Shown here piece after piece: positions 1 to 10,624 of a stretch of DNA of 20,000 bases. Position numbers and translations under genes: made by a program. Each line of letters opens with the position of its first letter. Position 1 is the stretch's first letter. The DNA comes from Pseudovirgaria hyperparasitica. Taxonomy: Eukaryota. The stretch lies in NCBI GenBank assembly GCA_010093815.1, contig ML996570.1. One strand, written 5' to 3'. The notes below the pieces were generated by a model. It ran no database searches. It had not been told where the DNA came from and saw only the letters and a list, made by a program, of their open reading frames with translations.

Positions 1-2102
1 TTCTTGACTGCACTTTCCCAATTTTGCCGCCGCGCAGGGTCTGTCGACATGATCTGCTGTGGACTGAGCTCCACGATCTCTTGAAAGCCCACAGCCACGA
101 TCTCAGCAGATTCTTGGGCTGCATCTATCTTGGGCAGTAACCAAGGAGAAAGATCATCTCGAAGGCCATTAGTCTTGCCGTTGAGATTGAAGGTCCCAGC
201 CCAGATGCGGATTGTGTCTGATGATGTATATTCGGCAAACCGCCGCATCAGTTCCGTATTCACGAAGTCGTTGACCGGGTCATAAAGCGTGACAGGACTC
301 TGACCAATGAGACGCCCTAGCAACATGTCAACAGTGTTTTGACGGCCCTTGTCTGCAAAATTGTTGATATATAGTCGTTGTGCGCTCTTCCTCGCATCCG
401 CCAGTGCTCCAGCGAACGACATCTTCCCAGACCGGGTGAAAGAGGACTTCAAAGCCCCCGTGCCGGCATATATCTTCGAGAGTGCGTCTCCGTTGTCCGC
501 CCACAGACTCCCATGTCTAGTCCAAAAGTCGTTGCTGGCTCTTTCGCTGCGATGTCCGAGGAAACTTAATAAAGCCATCTTACTGATGATCGTCTGGACT
601 AGATTAGTCCGGTCCAAACAATCCAAACAGTTGGTTCGGAAGACACCTTCTTGTTGCAAGATAGTGACTGATCTTCGGATGACCTGATTCGCGGTTTCTA
701 TGCTCCCTCTCAACCGATCCTCAACTTCCTCCGCCAGATAGTATGAGAAGCTGTCTGCTGAGTCCTGAATGTACCGTGAAATGTCACTCGCAGCTTCATA
801 GCCCACCGGACCACGTGTCTCCGCGTGGAAGTCGTATTCAGTATGCTTCAGGAGGTCATGTTCGCGCGACTGCTTCCCATGGGTGTTGTTGAGAGGGCTT
901 TGCTCGATATGATGAATATATCGTTGAGTTAAGTCAGTTTCTTGAGGCTTGTCAAAGCTTAGCAGATTTACGACATGTACTGCTCCATATGTGTGCTCCA
1001 GGTGCTCAAAGTGTCTGTCGAATGAAGGTTGCGTAGCTTCTTGGGAGCGGGTTATACTGATCTTCTGTTGGTTCGGGAGGAGTCCAGTGGCTTGCTCCCA
1101 GAATATTGGAACACTGCCCCGGATTTGAGTGTAGGAAAAACAGAGACCTGAGGGGGTACAGAACACAGTCTCGGTCTCTACGAAGTTGGCAACGTTGCCG
1201 TCGTCATCTATGCCTCGCGAGTTGAACCGTGTCCCAGCTCTCCGACATGAAAGTCTTGATATCAGTGTAAGTGTGGAAGGTAGGCCAGTGGTAGTATTCC
1301 TAGCCGGAGACGAGCTTGCCGGTACTGGGATGGTACTGACGAAACCTCTGATCGCCGATGTCAACAACTTGGAGCCGTCCAGCGCTATTTTCTCCTTGGG
1401 AGAAAGTCTTGACCGAAAGTTCACCAGTGGCTGTATCATATAAGAATTCCACAGGAAGCCTGCATCGAGGCTGTCTAATGCGACTGCTGCCGTATCTGTG
1501 CTCCGCTCTTGCACACGCCTCGTAAGATCGAAATCTGCAGAGTAATAAAATGTACCACTGCTAAGCAGCTTCTTTAACGTCACGCATGGATGCTCCATGA
1601 GCGCCTCTCCTCTTCCGCGTCCATAGCCATGATCATAAACTTCGTCGTCTAGGCTTTCCGTCGGGTAGGGGTTGATGTCGTCGCTCAAGATACGATCGTA
1701 GTCCGTGCGATTGAGACAATGGAACTCAACCGAATGTATCCGCAGAACACTTTCATCTTCGCGTACTCTTGCGACTTTGCCCGCACCGCTGACGACGCAA
1801 AGGAACACGTCTCCTTCAACACTCATCAACCCCAGCGTGCCATGCACGGCTAGGCTGTTCAATTGTCTGAACCCTTCAAGATCGACATGACCAAGCTCCG
1901 CAAATTCTACCATGCATCGTGGTCCGGCTGTCCCATTACTTGTAGTCAAAGATGTTTGCGAGGAGCTTTTAAGGTTGTTGTGTGGAGTATTGTAGGACGG
2001 TTCGGTTGACGACGGCGAGTGTCGGAATATGAGGACGTGTGTTTGGGTAGCGAGAGCGATGGCTCGATGTGGATGCTCTTTTATCAGTAGACGTATAGAC
2101 AT
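1..2102 (-). CDS. INP53: Synaptojanin-like polyphosphoinositide phosphatase (Sac1 domain + start of inositol 5-phosphatase domain); runs off the left edge of the window
   Basis: ATG at 2102 begins MSIRLLIKEHPHRAIALAT. Intact Sac1 catalytic motif GVFRTNCLDCLDRTN at about 604-647. 5-phosphatase motifs IWAGTFNLNG (about 180-210) and VAVGFQEIVELSPQQIMSTD (about 40-100) are in the same frame as the ATG. Absent from the ORF track because there is no stop in the window. The intact CX5R motif fits Inp52/Inp53 rather than Inp51. Confidence 0.93.
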   Translation of the reverse strand, partial: MSIRLLIKEHPHRAIALATQTHVLIFRHSPSSTEPSYNTPHNNLKSSSQTSLTTSNGTAGPRCMVEFAELGHVDLEGFRQLNSLAVHGTLGLMSVEGDVFLCVVSGAGKVARVREDESVLRIHSVEFHCLNRTDYDRILSDDINPYPTESLDDEVYDHGYGRGRGEALMEHPCVTLKKLLSSGTFYYSADFDLTRRVQERSTDTAAVALDSLDAGFLWNSYMIQPLVNFRSRLSPKEKIALDGSKLLTSAIRGFVSTIPVPASSSPARNTTTGLPSTLTLISRLSCRRAGTRFNSRGIDDDGNVANFVETETVFCTPSGLCFSYTQIRGSVPIFWEQATGLLPNQQKISITRSQEATQPSFDRHFEHLEHTYGAVHVVNLLSFDKPQETDLTQRYIHHIEQSPLNNTHGKQSREHDLLKHTEYDFHAETRGPVGYEAASDISRYIQDSADSFSYYLAEEVEDRLRGSIETANQVIRRSVTILQQEGVFRTNCLDCLDRTNLVQTIISKMALLSFLGHRSERASNDFWTRHGSLWADNGDALSKIYAGTGALKSSFTRSGKMSFAGALADARKSAQRLYINNFADKGRQNTVDMLLGRLIGQSPVTLYDPVNDFVNTELMRRFAEYTSSDTIRIWAGTFNLNGKTNGLRDDLSPWLLPKIDAAQESAEIVAVGFQEIVELSPQQIMSTDPARRQNWESAVK

Positions 2103-2639
2103 CGCAATAGGTCTTTAGTGAGGTAACAATGCAAAGCTACTCTACGAGCGGCGTGGCCTCTTTGTTGTCGGAGGTGTACGGCGAGCCGGCATAGTTGGTG
2201 GTTCAAGGACCAAGAATATGAGATCGAGATTGACGTATCATCACAAGTATAGACAACGCAGAGTTCAGAACTCTTCACAAGCACCGACCTGGAGACAGAG
2301 AAGAGTCTGTAGTGGTCGCATGCACTGAAGAACGTCCTCATGGGATCAGGGTCTCACAACGCGACTCTCGTCTAAGAAGCCAACCGCCATGTGGCCCCGC
2401 GATCGGCATTGTCGATTTTCAAGAGCGGCCGGAATGGAATTATTTTACGATTTGTGATTGGCTTGATATTATTTGTTCAAAAGGAGCATACGGCTGGATT
2501 CGAGATGTTGAAAAATGATACGAGGTTGCGATGGACCGCACATGGGCGAAGGGTACGTTTCATATGATATAAAACAAAAAGTCCCCCCAACGGATGCATC
2601 GCATCATTTAAATTGTGTTTTATATCTACATGACAATTT

Positions 2640-3302
2640 TCACCTCAAATACTCCCTCCTCCTTCTGCCATTGTCGTCTACTATTACGACTTTCTCCCTT
2701 CCGTACGACGATGCCCTCCCATCCCGATCATCGTCATATGCGCCCCGACTTCTACTTCTAGATCTCGTTGAGTGCGTTCGGGTGAATTCTGCCCTGTTGT
2801 CATGCAGCGGCCTGCTGTCAATGTACCTATATGTCGCAGGCCTTTCGTGATATCTATCACTACTCCGACTCCTGCTCCTCCGTCTACTCCGGTCCCTGCT
2901 GTGATCCCTCTCCCGGTGCCGCTCTCTCTCTACCCTGTATTCATGCTCGCTGACATAGTAGTCGCTATGTGTGCGACTATGGCTCGTCACGCTGCTCGCC
3001 GGGGATACATGTACGTATTGCGTGCTATGTCTACCCACACTGCTCGCCGGCGGTGGTGGCGTGGGCGGCTGATTTATGAAGACAGGCACCGGCTGAGGGG
3101 CAGGGATAGGATTTGGTCGAGGTGATGGGATAACAGTGCTAACATGCGTGGAATGATAGCTTGTGCGGGGTGAGGGGATGGGCCGGCGGTGGTCCTCCTC
3201 CACTATCTGAGTGCGTGAATAGTGGCGCGATGTGCGACGAGGAGAGGCAACGCGGTAGGGGACAACTACGTCTTCTTCCTGCCGGACTTTGACAAGACAC
3301 AT
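2640..3302 (-). CDS. Hypothetical Arg/Ser/Pro/His-rich, probably disordered protein (220 aa)
   Basis: Single 220-aa ORF with good fungal start context (CACAAAC ATG). Contains a poly-Pro segment and RSRSRS repeats, and is followed by AT-richer 3' UTR-like sequence. No recognisable domain. Confidence 0.75.
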   Translation of the reverse strand: MCLVKVRQEEDVVVPYRVASPRRTSRHYSRTQIVEEDHRRPIPSPRTSYHSTHVSTVIPSPRPNPIPAPQPVPVFINQPPTPPPPASSVGRHSTQYVHVSPASSVTSHSRTHSDYYVSEHEYRVERERHRERDHSRDRSRRRSRSRSSDRYHERPATYRYIDSRPLHDNRAEFTRTHSTRSRSRSRGAYDDDRDGRASSYGREKVVIVDDNGRRRREYLR

Positions 3303-4009
3303 GTTTGTGAGGTCAAGATAGGGCGTACGATGAGGGGATTTTGCAATAATGAGGCGCGCCTGTAGCCTTGATTTGGCGAGGGCGCGGACTTTGAGGGCGA
3401 GTAAAGGTGAGGAGCTGATCGCGGCGATGTCGAGGATGGACTGTCGCTGATGGCAGCCAGATTCGTAGTAAGTAGCTTTAGGCAGCTTATCTTGACCGCA
3501 GCATCGCGTCAGGGATCAAGAAAGAGGCTGTGTGTTCGATCGAGGTAATTAGGTTGGGTGGAACTCTCATCCATCTCAAGGGCCACAGGTTCATCAGCTG
3601 AATGCACGAAAATGGGGCTAATCTGATGGTCTGACCCGGCCCCCGGTCGCACTTGTGAGGAGTACCTAGACACTATACTCATCAGGCTGCAATCGTAACT
3701 CATGCTCTGGTCTGATCTGCTAAGCCCTTATGACCATGTGCTAGTGAGTCAGCAGTGCCAACTTTGATGGCAGAACGACCCTCCAGTATTCAGACGCAGT
3801 AGTAGACAGAATATTAGAAGAGTTACGGCCTGGGTAGTTTGGGGGCTGTTTTGTTGAACCATGAACCCCATAACATGAATTACCTAGAGCAACTAATATG
3901 ATATGAAAGCGTCAGTTGCATCATTAATAGATTCAGACTGCAGATAAGGAGCGTCTCAGTCCTAGATTGACATCATCATCCATCAATTCCGTTGTGCACC
4001 AATATCGTC

Positions 4010-4686
4010 TTATTTCTTCCCAGTAATTTTCCCAAGAAAGTCCTTTCCTTTCTCCGCAAGACCTCGATTGTCCTCGCCAGTCTTGACACGCTGTAGCTCG
4101 TTCGAATTCTTCTCGTGGGCGCTCTTAGCCAACCTCTTCTCTTCTTCGCTGCGCTTGGTGTGATTTGCAGCGCCACCTCGCCCGAAGCGAATGTTTCCCT
4201 CTGGCTCGCGATGCATTGGTGCTTCGACGTCTTGCGCCGTCCGAGCTAGCTCTGGTTTGTCCTTGTCATTCCTGGCCATGTTTCCTGAGCCACCTCGACC
4301 GGTTGTATAAAGATCGCTTTTAAGGGTTGGCGTAACAAGGTCAGCTGCCGTAGTGCCACTGCCACGGCGCTCTACTTTTGCCATGTTGCCTAGCGAGTGA
4401 CTTAGGACCAACTCAATGTGGGAGGTACGTTGAGCCCGCGGAAGGAAATAGTGTCTCTTGCGGCCTCTTTGTATGAGGCCCGGCAGGCGCGTAGAGATAT
4501 GGACGCCTGGCTGCGCCATGGCTCGTTTGATAACGCAAAGCATTATAAGAAGCCACGTTCGCACCAGCGTTGCGACTCTCGTGTTGATAGACATGCAAAA
4601 ATGCACTCACCAGCACCACCACGCCCATGCGAAAGATTTCGGGTGTGATCAGGCCTTCCTTCGCCGAAACCAAGTCTGTCTGCCAT
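4010..4686 (-). CDS. DUF3602 / Par32-like protein with GRGG(A/S)(G/A)N repeats, 151 aa; exons 4686-4611 and 4389-4010
   Basis: Spliced product contains SHGRGGAGN, TTGRGGSGN and RFGRGGAAN. The intron 4610-4390 has a GTGAGT donor, CTAAG branch and TAG acceptor, and splicing restores the frame (456 nt). Confidence 0.88.
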
Positions 4687-5232
4687 TTTCTTCCTGTCAG
4701 AATGTCTGCAGGACTTGAAGAAGTAGTAAATCAAGTTGCGGGAATTGAGAGGATGAGAGCAATCCTCGACTATTGGGTGCGACACGGAATATCTAAAAAG
4801 TATCAGGACAAGAGACGCGAACGACGACCAAGACACCGAATGACCTGAAAAATTCCTAGCTCTTCTTGGACTTTAGAGGGGCTTTTCTGACTCTGGCAGA
4901 CGGCAGGCTAATAAGTAGTGTTGATATCTGACCACGCGGTCCGCAACTCCACTTCAGGGCCACCGCATGCCTCGGGGAAGTGATGCCTGGGCAGGCGACG
5001 GCACATTGAGACCAACCTTCGACTTGGCTAGTAGGCACTGGTGGGTGACTGCGTACACGAACGATGTATTCCCCTCTTCGTTCGAGCCATACATAAGAGG
5101 CCGTGTTACCATCACGTAAGAGATTCAGGGCTTGCAGACTCCCTCACGCTGGGACAATATCGCGTCATTCGCCCAGAAGACAGTTGGACTCGAAATTTAC
5201 AACTGCCGGGCCTGGAACTTACGGTAGACATG

Positions 5233-5260
5233 GAGAGAGAGAGAGTGTGTGTGTGTGTGT
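5233..5260. repeat. Compound microsatellite (GA)6(GT)8
   Basis: Read directly from the sequence. Confidence 0.95.
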
Positions 5261-6030
5261 TGAAGATAAGCTGAGTACCCACCATTCATCGCTATAGGAG
5301 AAGGAAACCAATACCTAGGTGAGATACAAGCAAGGGAAGCTAATATTTTAGCAGCTTACTAGCGGGCAAGCAAGAAGTGGGCAACAGCTGGTTCAGGCGC
5401 CGTAGGCACTGACGTGCAAGAGTGGAAGCCACTAACACCCCCGCAACTAGAGGAAGCAAAGTGGGTAAACAAGCATCATCAATTTCTTATCATCTATTCC
5501 GCATCGGCCTCATGACACCATTTATATACATCCAACATCCTTTCATATCATCGTGGCACAGTACCATATCCAAACTACCTGCTAATGATACAACAGTCTA
5601 TTGTGAAGCATCACGTCTTCGAATACCCTTCTGCCCGCGCCGTAATGACAACTTTGATATATTCAATCCAAGGGATATCGGAGTGACGACTGCTCGTGAA
5701 ACCCGATTTGGTGCGCTTCCATATACCAGAATTCTATCCGAGGAGATATGTGCGCCGTCGCTATGCAAGAAAAGTATTTCCGTAGTCGAAAGCCAGGTGG
5801 CTATGAGACGCCAAGTAAGAAGAGCATTGCTTAACCGTGCTCGAATCATCGAAATTAAGCTTCGATGGGCTCGACATCCGACTGATAAACGCCAGCCGCT
5901 ATGCATAAAGACGATGTGGGAAAGAGAATGTGCATCGACATGATGAGTGTCGTCGTAGTAGGTTGGCTACAGATGGCCATGTCCAAGGGGTCGTATGGGC
6001 GTTCTCTTGACATACATCCCGCCCTTTATC

Positions 6031-6233
6031 CTAGTCATCCATTGATGACCGTTCTTTCTCTTCTTCATGTATCATTGCCCGGTTGATGTAGGACGCAGTC
6101 GGAGGTCTATTCTCCTATTGAACAGTTAGTATATGAAGCAAGAGATAGATAAAGGGGTAAGAATAAAATTACCGTCAAAGGGCTGCTCTTCTTCTGCATC
6201 GCCGGGAGCATTACGGTATTGAGCAGAAGACAT
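6031..6233 (-). other. Candidate small spliced gene with a 58-nt intron (6172-6115); encodes either a 22-aa or a 40-aa peptide
   Basis: GTAATT donor, pyrimidine-rich body, perfect TACTAAC branch (6131-6125) and TAG acceptor. ATG 6233 gives MSSAQYRNAPGDAEEEQPFDGE*. ATG 6211 gives MLPAMQKKSSPLT|ENRPPTASYINRAMIHEEEKERSSMDD*. Confidence 0.45.
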
Positions 6234-9200
6234 GTTGAATCCAGATATGTCTACTGCTCTGAGAATAAAGTCTTCTACAACAGAGATACAAGACTTTGTT
6301 GTAGCACGATGCTACGGGGTATATGGATCAAAATCGAATCGACTGAGTGGATTATATGGGATACTTGTTGCGATTATGCCTGGTGTATGCAGCACATTGA
6401 CCTGGAACGCGTGGGAACGAGGTTATTTTATGGTAAGGGATTGGGAGGCCTCTGCTAACTAGGAGCCGTACAGCAAGATGAAAAAACCAAGCTTTGGAAA
6501 CACAAGCATTACACGGTAGACCCGCCTCATTTCTAGTGGCTGCTATCATATGTACAATCACAGACGCCTTCTGATCGGTGTATTGACGGAAATGGGGACG
6601 GTGGGCAACGGGCATCTATAGCTATGACAGTTGCAGCTTGTCTATTCACTGTGGCCGTGCATTTTCGCTAAGAACGCCTAGGTCAACCTTGCAATTGACA
6701 CTCGGCGCAGTAAAACCGACCAAACCCTAACTAAATACATTATATGCTTCGAGCAGCCTGCTGGGTCACCTTGCAGGTCAGGCATCGCACCAGGAGCCAC
6801 TGGTCTATTCTTCGTGGGTTCTGCCGGCGGGGTGGAATGCACACTGCACAGCCACTTGACTGCTCTTTCAATTGCCCAATATTCTCATACGAGGTATGAG
6901 AGCGGCTTTTGCAGCGCAATCATGGTTAGCTGGCTTCTAACGCCAATGATCTTCGTCAAAGGATAACAAATACTTCTATACTCCATATAGAGCTGCACCG
7001 ATGTGCAGACAGATGTTCGCGCAAGCAAGTGAATCACACTTGTACAAAGCGCACGTTTGCGTGAGTACCCAGGCTAACATCCCGGCTGATCATCCCAAGC
7101 ACCGTGACCCGCCCTGTTGAACTCCAACGTGCATCCGTCATATCGCAGGAAGTGTTGAAGAAGCCAAAAGCCACTCTTGGCTTCTCGTTCCCATGACCAC
7201 TTTTGTTCAATCCTAGAATTGACCCAGAACAGTATTGATGCCTGGACGTTGCTTTCCCATTGCAGCATCCGGGACCGAGCAAGCACTCATGCTCCTGCGT
7301 TACCACCATAGTAGCAGTCAACGGTCAGCCTTATACTCTTGAAGCTTCACTAATTAATATCATCCCTCATACCCGAATATAGCAGTCAGTGGCCTCGTGC
7401 AAATGACCGAGTCTCAGTGGCTTGTCCCGGTTCCCCGACCATGCCCAAGCCTCGCTGGGTGAGGATGGCCAGTAGAGGCCGTGAGCTTATCTGGAAGTGC
7501 CACACGAACGTGTTGTGAAACTGCGGCCTAGGCTGCCACTTTTGTCGACCGCAGCAAACACCCGCGGCGGAGAGATGCGTGGATAAGGTTGATGTTCCCA
7601 GCTCCGAGCTCCAGACCCAATAAGAACGACCTCTGGCTCGCCTGAAAAATGACTTGCAGTGCTTTAATCAAGGAGAGGACACAGCCCCTGGTGAAAGCTG
7701 AGCTAGGATTACTCCTGGCGAAGTGATACTACCGGTGCCCAAACCCACTCATCGGATGCTTCTTTGCTTTTTGACACTAGGTAATCAGAAACGCCAGTCG
7801 ATGGCTGTATTCCCATGGCCCAATTCGATCATTTTCACCGTTGCAACAGCCACCGGATACGCAGTGATGCTCGGTCACTGTTTCCGAGCACTCAGCGGGC
7901 CCCGGGCTATGCTTATCTACAGTATTACCTGAAATTCCGCCTCACAGTTTCAGGCATGATATCGGGGACCTGTCCGAGTACTTTACGACTACCTCTTAAT
8001 TGTTGACATCGACCTGAGTCACAGAACATGTCTCGACCGTAAGCCGTATGGCCGAATCCGTCATCTAAGTTCAAGCGCGATTTGTACGTCCTGAAATTAC
8101 ATCCCAATGGTTGGCGTCTGATACGGTGGAGAGCAAAACTGATACCATTTCAGCTCCACGTGGACTATCTGAAAGCCCCTTCGTTTCCATGAGCTATCGA
8201 GCTTGCAGTATGGGTGACGATGATACAGAGGTTTCGCTGTTCTATTCGTCCTCTATTACCATCTTCAACGCACTTGCTGTATCCTAGCTGCTCAGTAGGG
8301 TAGGGCATGGAAGAAGCCATAGTCTCGAGAGAGGACTGGGCTAGCCGCCACAACAAGCCCACGCCGCCAGCAAGATCCATGTCGCATTCACGGCTTCTGG
8401 CGTTCGCGCGGTTCAGCCACGTTTAGAACTTTCTAGTCTTCTCTAAAAGCGCGATTGTGGATAAGCATATGCTATCTTATATCTCGGGAACTTGTTCGGA
8501 CATATTCGCGTCAAACTCAGTCCAATGTTCCTCAAATCTACGCGTTGTCATGGAAGTCCAAATTGGCGGACATGCTGAAGTGAGGGTGTCAAGCCTCAAT
8601 GGAAATGAGGCCGCGCAACCTGGTTGACCGAAGGAATTTTTCAGCGTACTGTATATTATAGATCCACTCTACCATCAAACATCGAACTTACCTGTTTAAT
8701 ATCGATGGTAATTACGCGGTATCATACTTCTACAATATTAACAACAGTAGATTATGGTCCCTGCGCTGCTAGCGCGAGCCCATGCACAGGCTCCACTATT
8801 AGTGCTCGTTCTTAGATTCGTTCTTAGACACAGCAGGATTTCGGCACTTTCCTCGTTCATGAAGACTCACGACCTTTGCCGCACAATTTTGTACTTTGGC
8901 CTCCCAGTCTTCAAGGCTCTCCAAAATCGAAAGTCGAAAGGCGTCGATCATGCTCTAACACTTATTATCTTCGGGCCTGAAATGTGGAGCAAGTTTCACT
9001 CAAAGGGGGGATGTAGCACGTGGGAGGGTGGGACTTATCATTACCAAAGCATCCGAAGACATCCGTCCTTTATATAGGACCGAAAGGATGGATATCAGGC
9101 TTCGTCCGTATGATACGCGCTTTTCTCTGGTGTTGAACATGCGCGAAAGAAATCTAGATCCACGCAATCATAGAGATTGGAGAAACTAGTTGAGTTGCAG

Positions 9201-9541
9201 CAACCTCTCCATGATTGAGCCACGGCACCAATTGAATCATAGAGTCCGCATATCTATTAAGCTCTGTGAAAAGAAAGCGCGCCAAAACGATGGGGAAGTG
9301 TTGAAACGCCGTCGATCTCTCGGCGGGTCCCTTCAGCTGCCCTGCAACACTGGGGTCAGCTCAACACCGACGTGACAGAGCTTGAAATTAGCCTTTATAG
9401 CTTCTTGATCCTCCACCTTCTCCGTATTTGTCTCTTCCTCCTCTACTTGTCTTTGCTTCTTCGACACATATTAGAAGAAAAGTGTGTTCTCTCACATTTG
9501 TTCAGGCCACCGATTTCGAATTGACTATTTCCACTAACAAG

Positions 9542-10098
9542 ATGCGTACCTCAATCGCCGTCATCGCAGCTGCCTACTGCTCTGTTGTAGTTGCTCAGAT
9601 CCAAGGTCTCCCCAATTGCGCTGTATATCTTGCCTCCAACTCCGAGAGTAGCTTCTTCTGACGGTCGAAACAGCAATCGTGCGCCAACAGCGGCCTTGCA
9701 GGCTGCGGTATTGACGTCGGCTGCATTTGTGGAAACCAAACACTGATCGCCGATCTATCCTGCTGCGTTGCTGGGTCCTGTTCTTCTGACGAACAACAAC
9801 GTACGTAAAGTCCCAGTGTTCCAATATACAAACGAAGTATTCACAAAACCACCGGGCTTGATCTAATATTATGCTTACAGAGGTCATCGATTTCGCCGTT
9901 GGGATCTGTAGGACCGCCGGGATTACCACCCTCCCAACCATGGCTGGTTGCGCAACCACTTCGATGACTTCGATGGTGCCGAGCTCCGAAGTAGCTCCCT
10001 CGTCCACGACTGCTCCAGGTGCTGCAACTACAAACTTTGTCGGCGCCGGTATCTGTGCTGGTGCTGTCGGCCTAGCTGGATGGTTCGCACTGCTATGA
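9542..10098 (+). CDS. CFEM-domain cell-surface protein, probably GPI-anchored, 141 aa; exons 9542-9622, 9674-9800, 9881-10098
   Basis: Signal peptide MRTSIAVIAAAYCSVVVA. CFEM pattern LPNCA|QSC...GCGIDVGCIC...SCCVAGSC...GIC. Ser/Thr-rich stalk and hydrophobic C-terminus. Both GT-AG introns have branch sites and keep the frame (426 nt). Confidence 0.92.
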
Positions 10099-10624
10099 AA
10101 GTGCAGCGATGCGCTGATCAACTTCGAATGTTTTGGTTACGGGAAGCTTTTGCAATTGCACTCTTTTATCAATTGAAGTTGGGTGGCATTATGTTCGATA
10201 TAAGAAAAACTATCGAGTTACGTTCGTTCATTTGATAATAGTAATACCTTTTATTATGCACATCCGCAATATTGCTGTGTTGGCGTACAACGTGTACTCT
10301 AATTGGAACATTACACATGGCCCATATGGAAGTAGTATCTGCGTTCTTCGCCGATCATGACTCTCTAATACCACAATTGTTGGATGCAACATTCCGTGCA
10401 TGAGTCCTGATTGTTAGCCCGCATTCGTGTAGCGTCAGTTCTGGGAGCTGAAGTGGGTTATGTTCGCCTACCTGCCCGCACCTACCTCACCCCTCAGACA
10501 ACTAAACTTATTGTCTTTTTACTAAATCTCAACCTACACATCAGCCATCCTGGTAGGCAACAGGGAATATGGCAATATGCCGGGGTTAGCTACAATGTCT
10601 ACTTGATCCTCCGGGTCTATAACG

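Noticed and set aside
349..1890. Several plus-strand ORFs
   Set aside because: Antisense shadows of the synaptojanin-like gene.
5422..5943. 173-aa plus-strand ORF and overlapping 102-aa minus-strand ORF
   Set aside because: The plus-strand ORF starts at GTG. Neither has recognisable motifs or protein-like composition. The region reads more like the 3' part of a minus-strand transcript.
6232..6462. Plus-strand ORF ending in GTAAGG...GCTAACTAG, an intron-like signal
   Set aside because: The implied intron is only about 30 nt, too short, and no coherent spliced product could be built.
6722..6730. AAACCCTAA telomere-like motif (a second copy near 19305)
   Set aside because: Single isolated copies, not tandem arrays; expected by chance.
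7697..7724. GCTGAG-CTAGG-ATTACT-CCTGG-CGAAGT resembles the P4/P5 arm of a TPP riboswitch
   Set aside because: No upstream P2/P3 arm with the UGAGA motif, the loop deviates from consensus, and there is no thiamine-related gene or host intron nearby. An Rfam TPP covariance scan would settle it.
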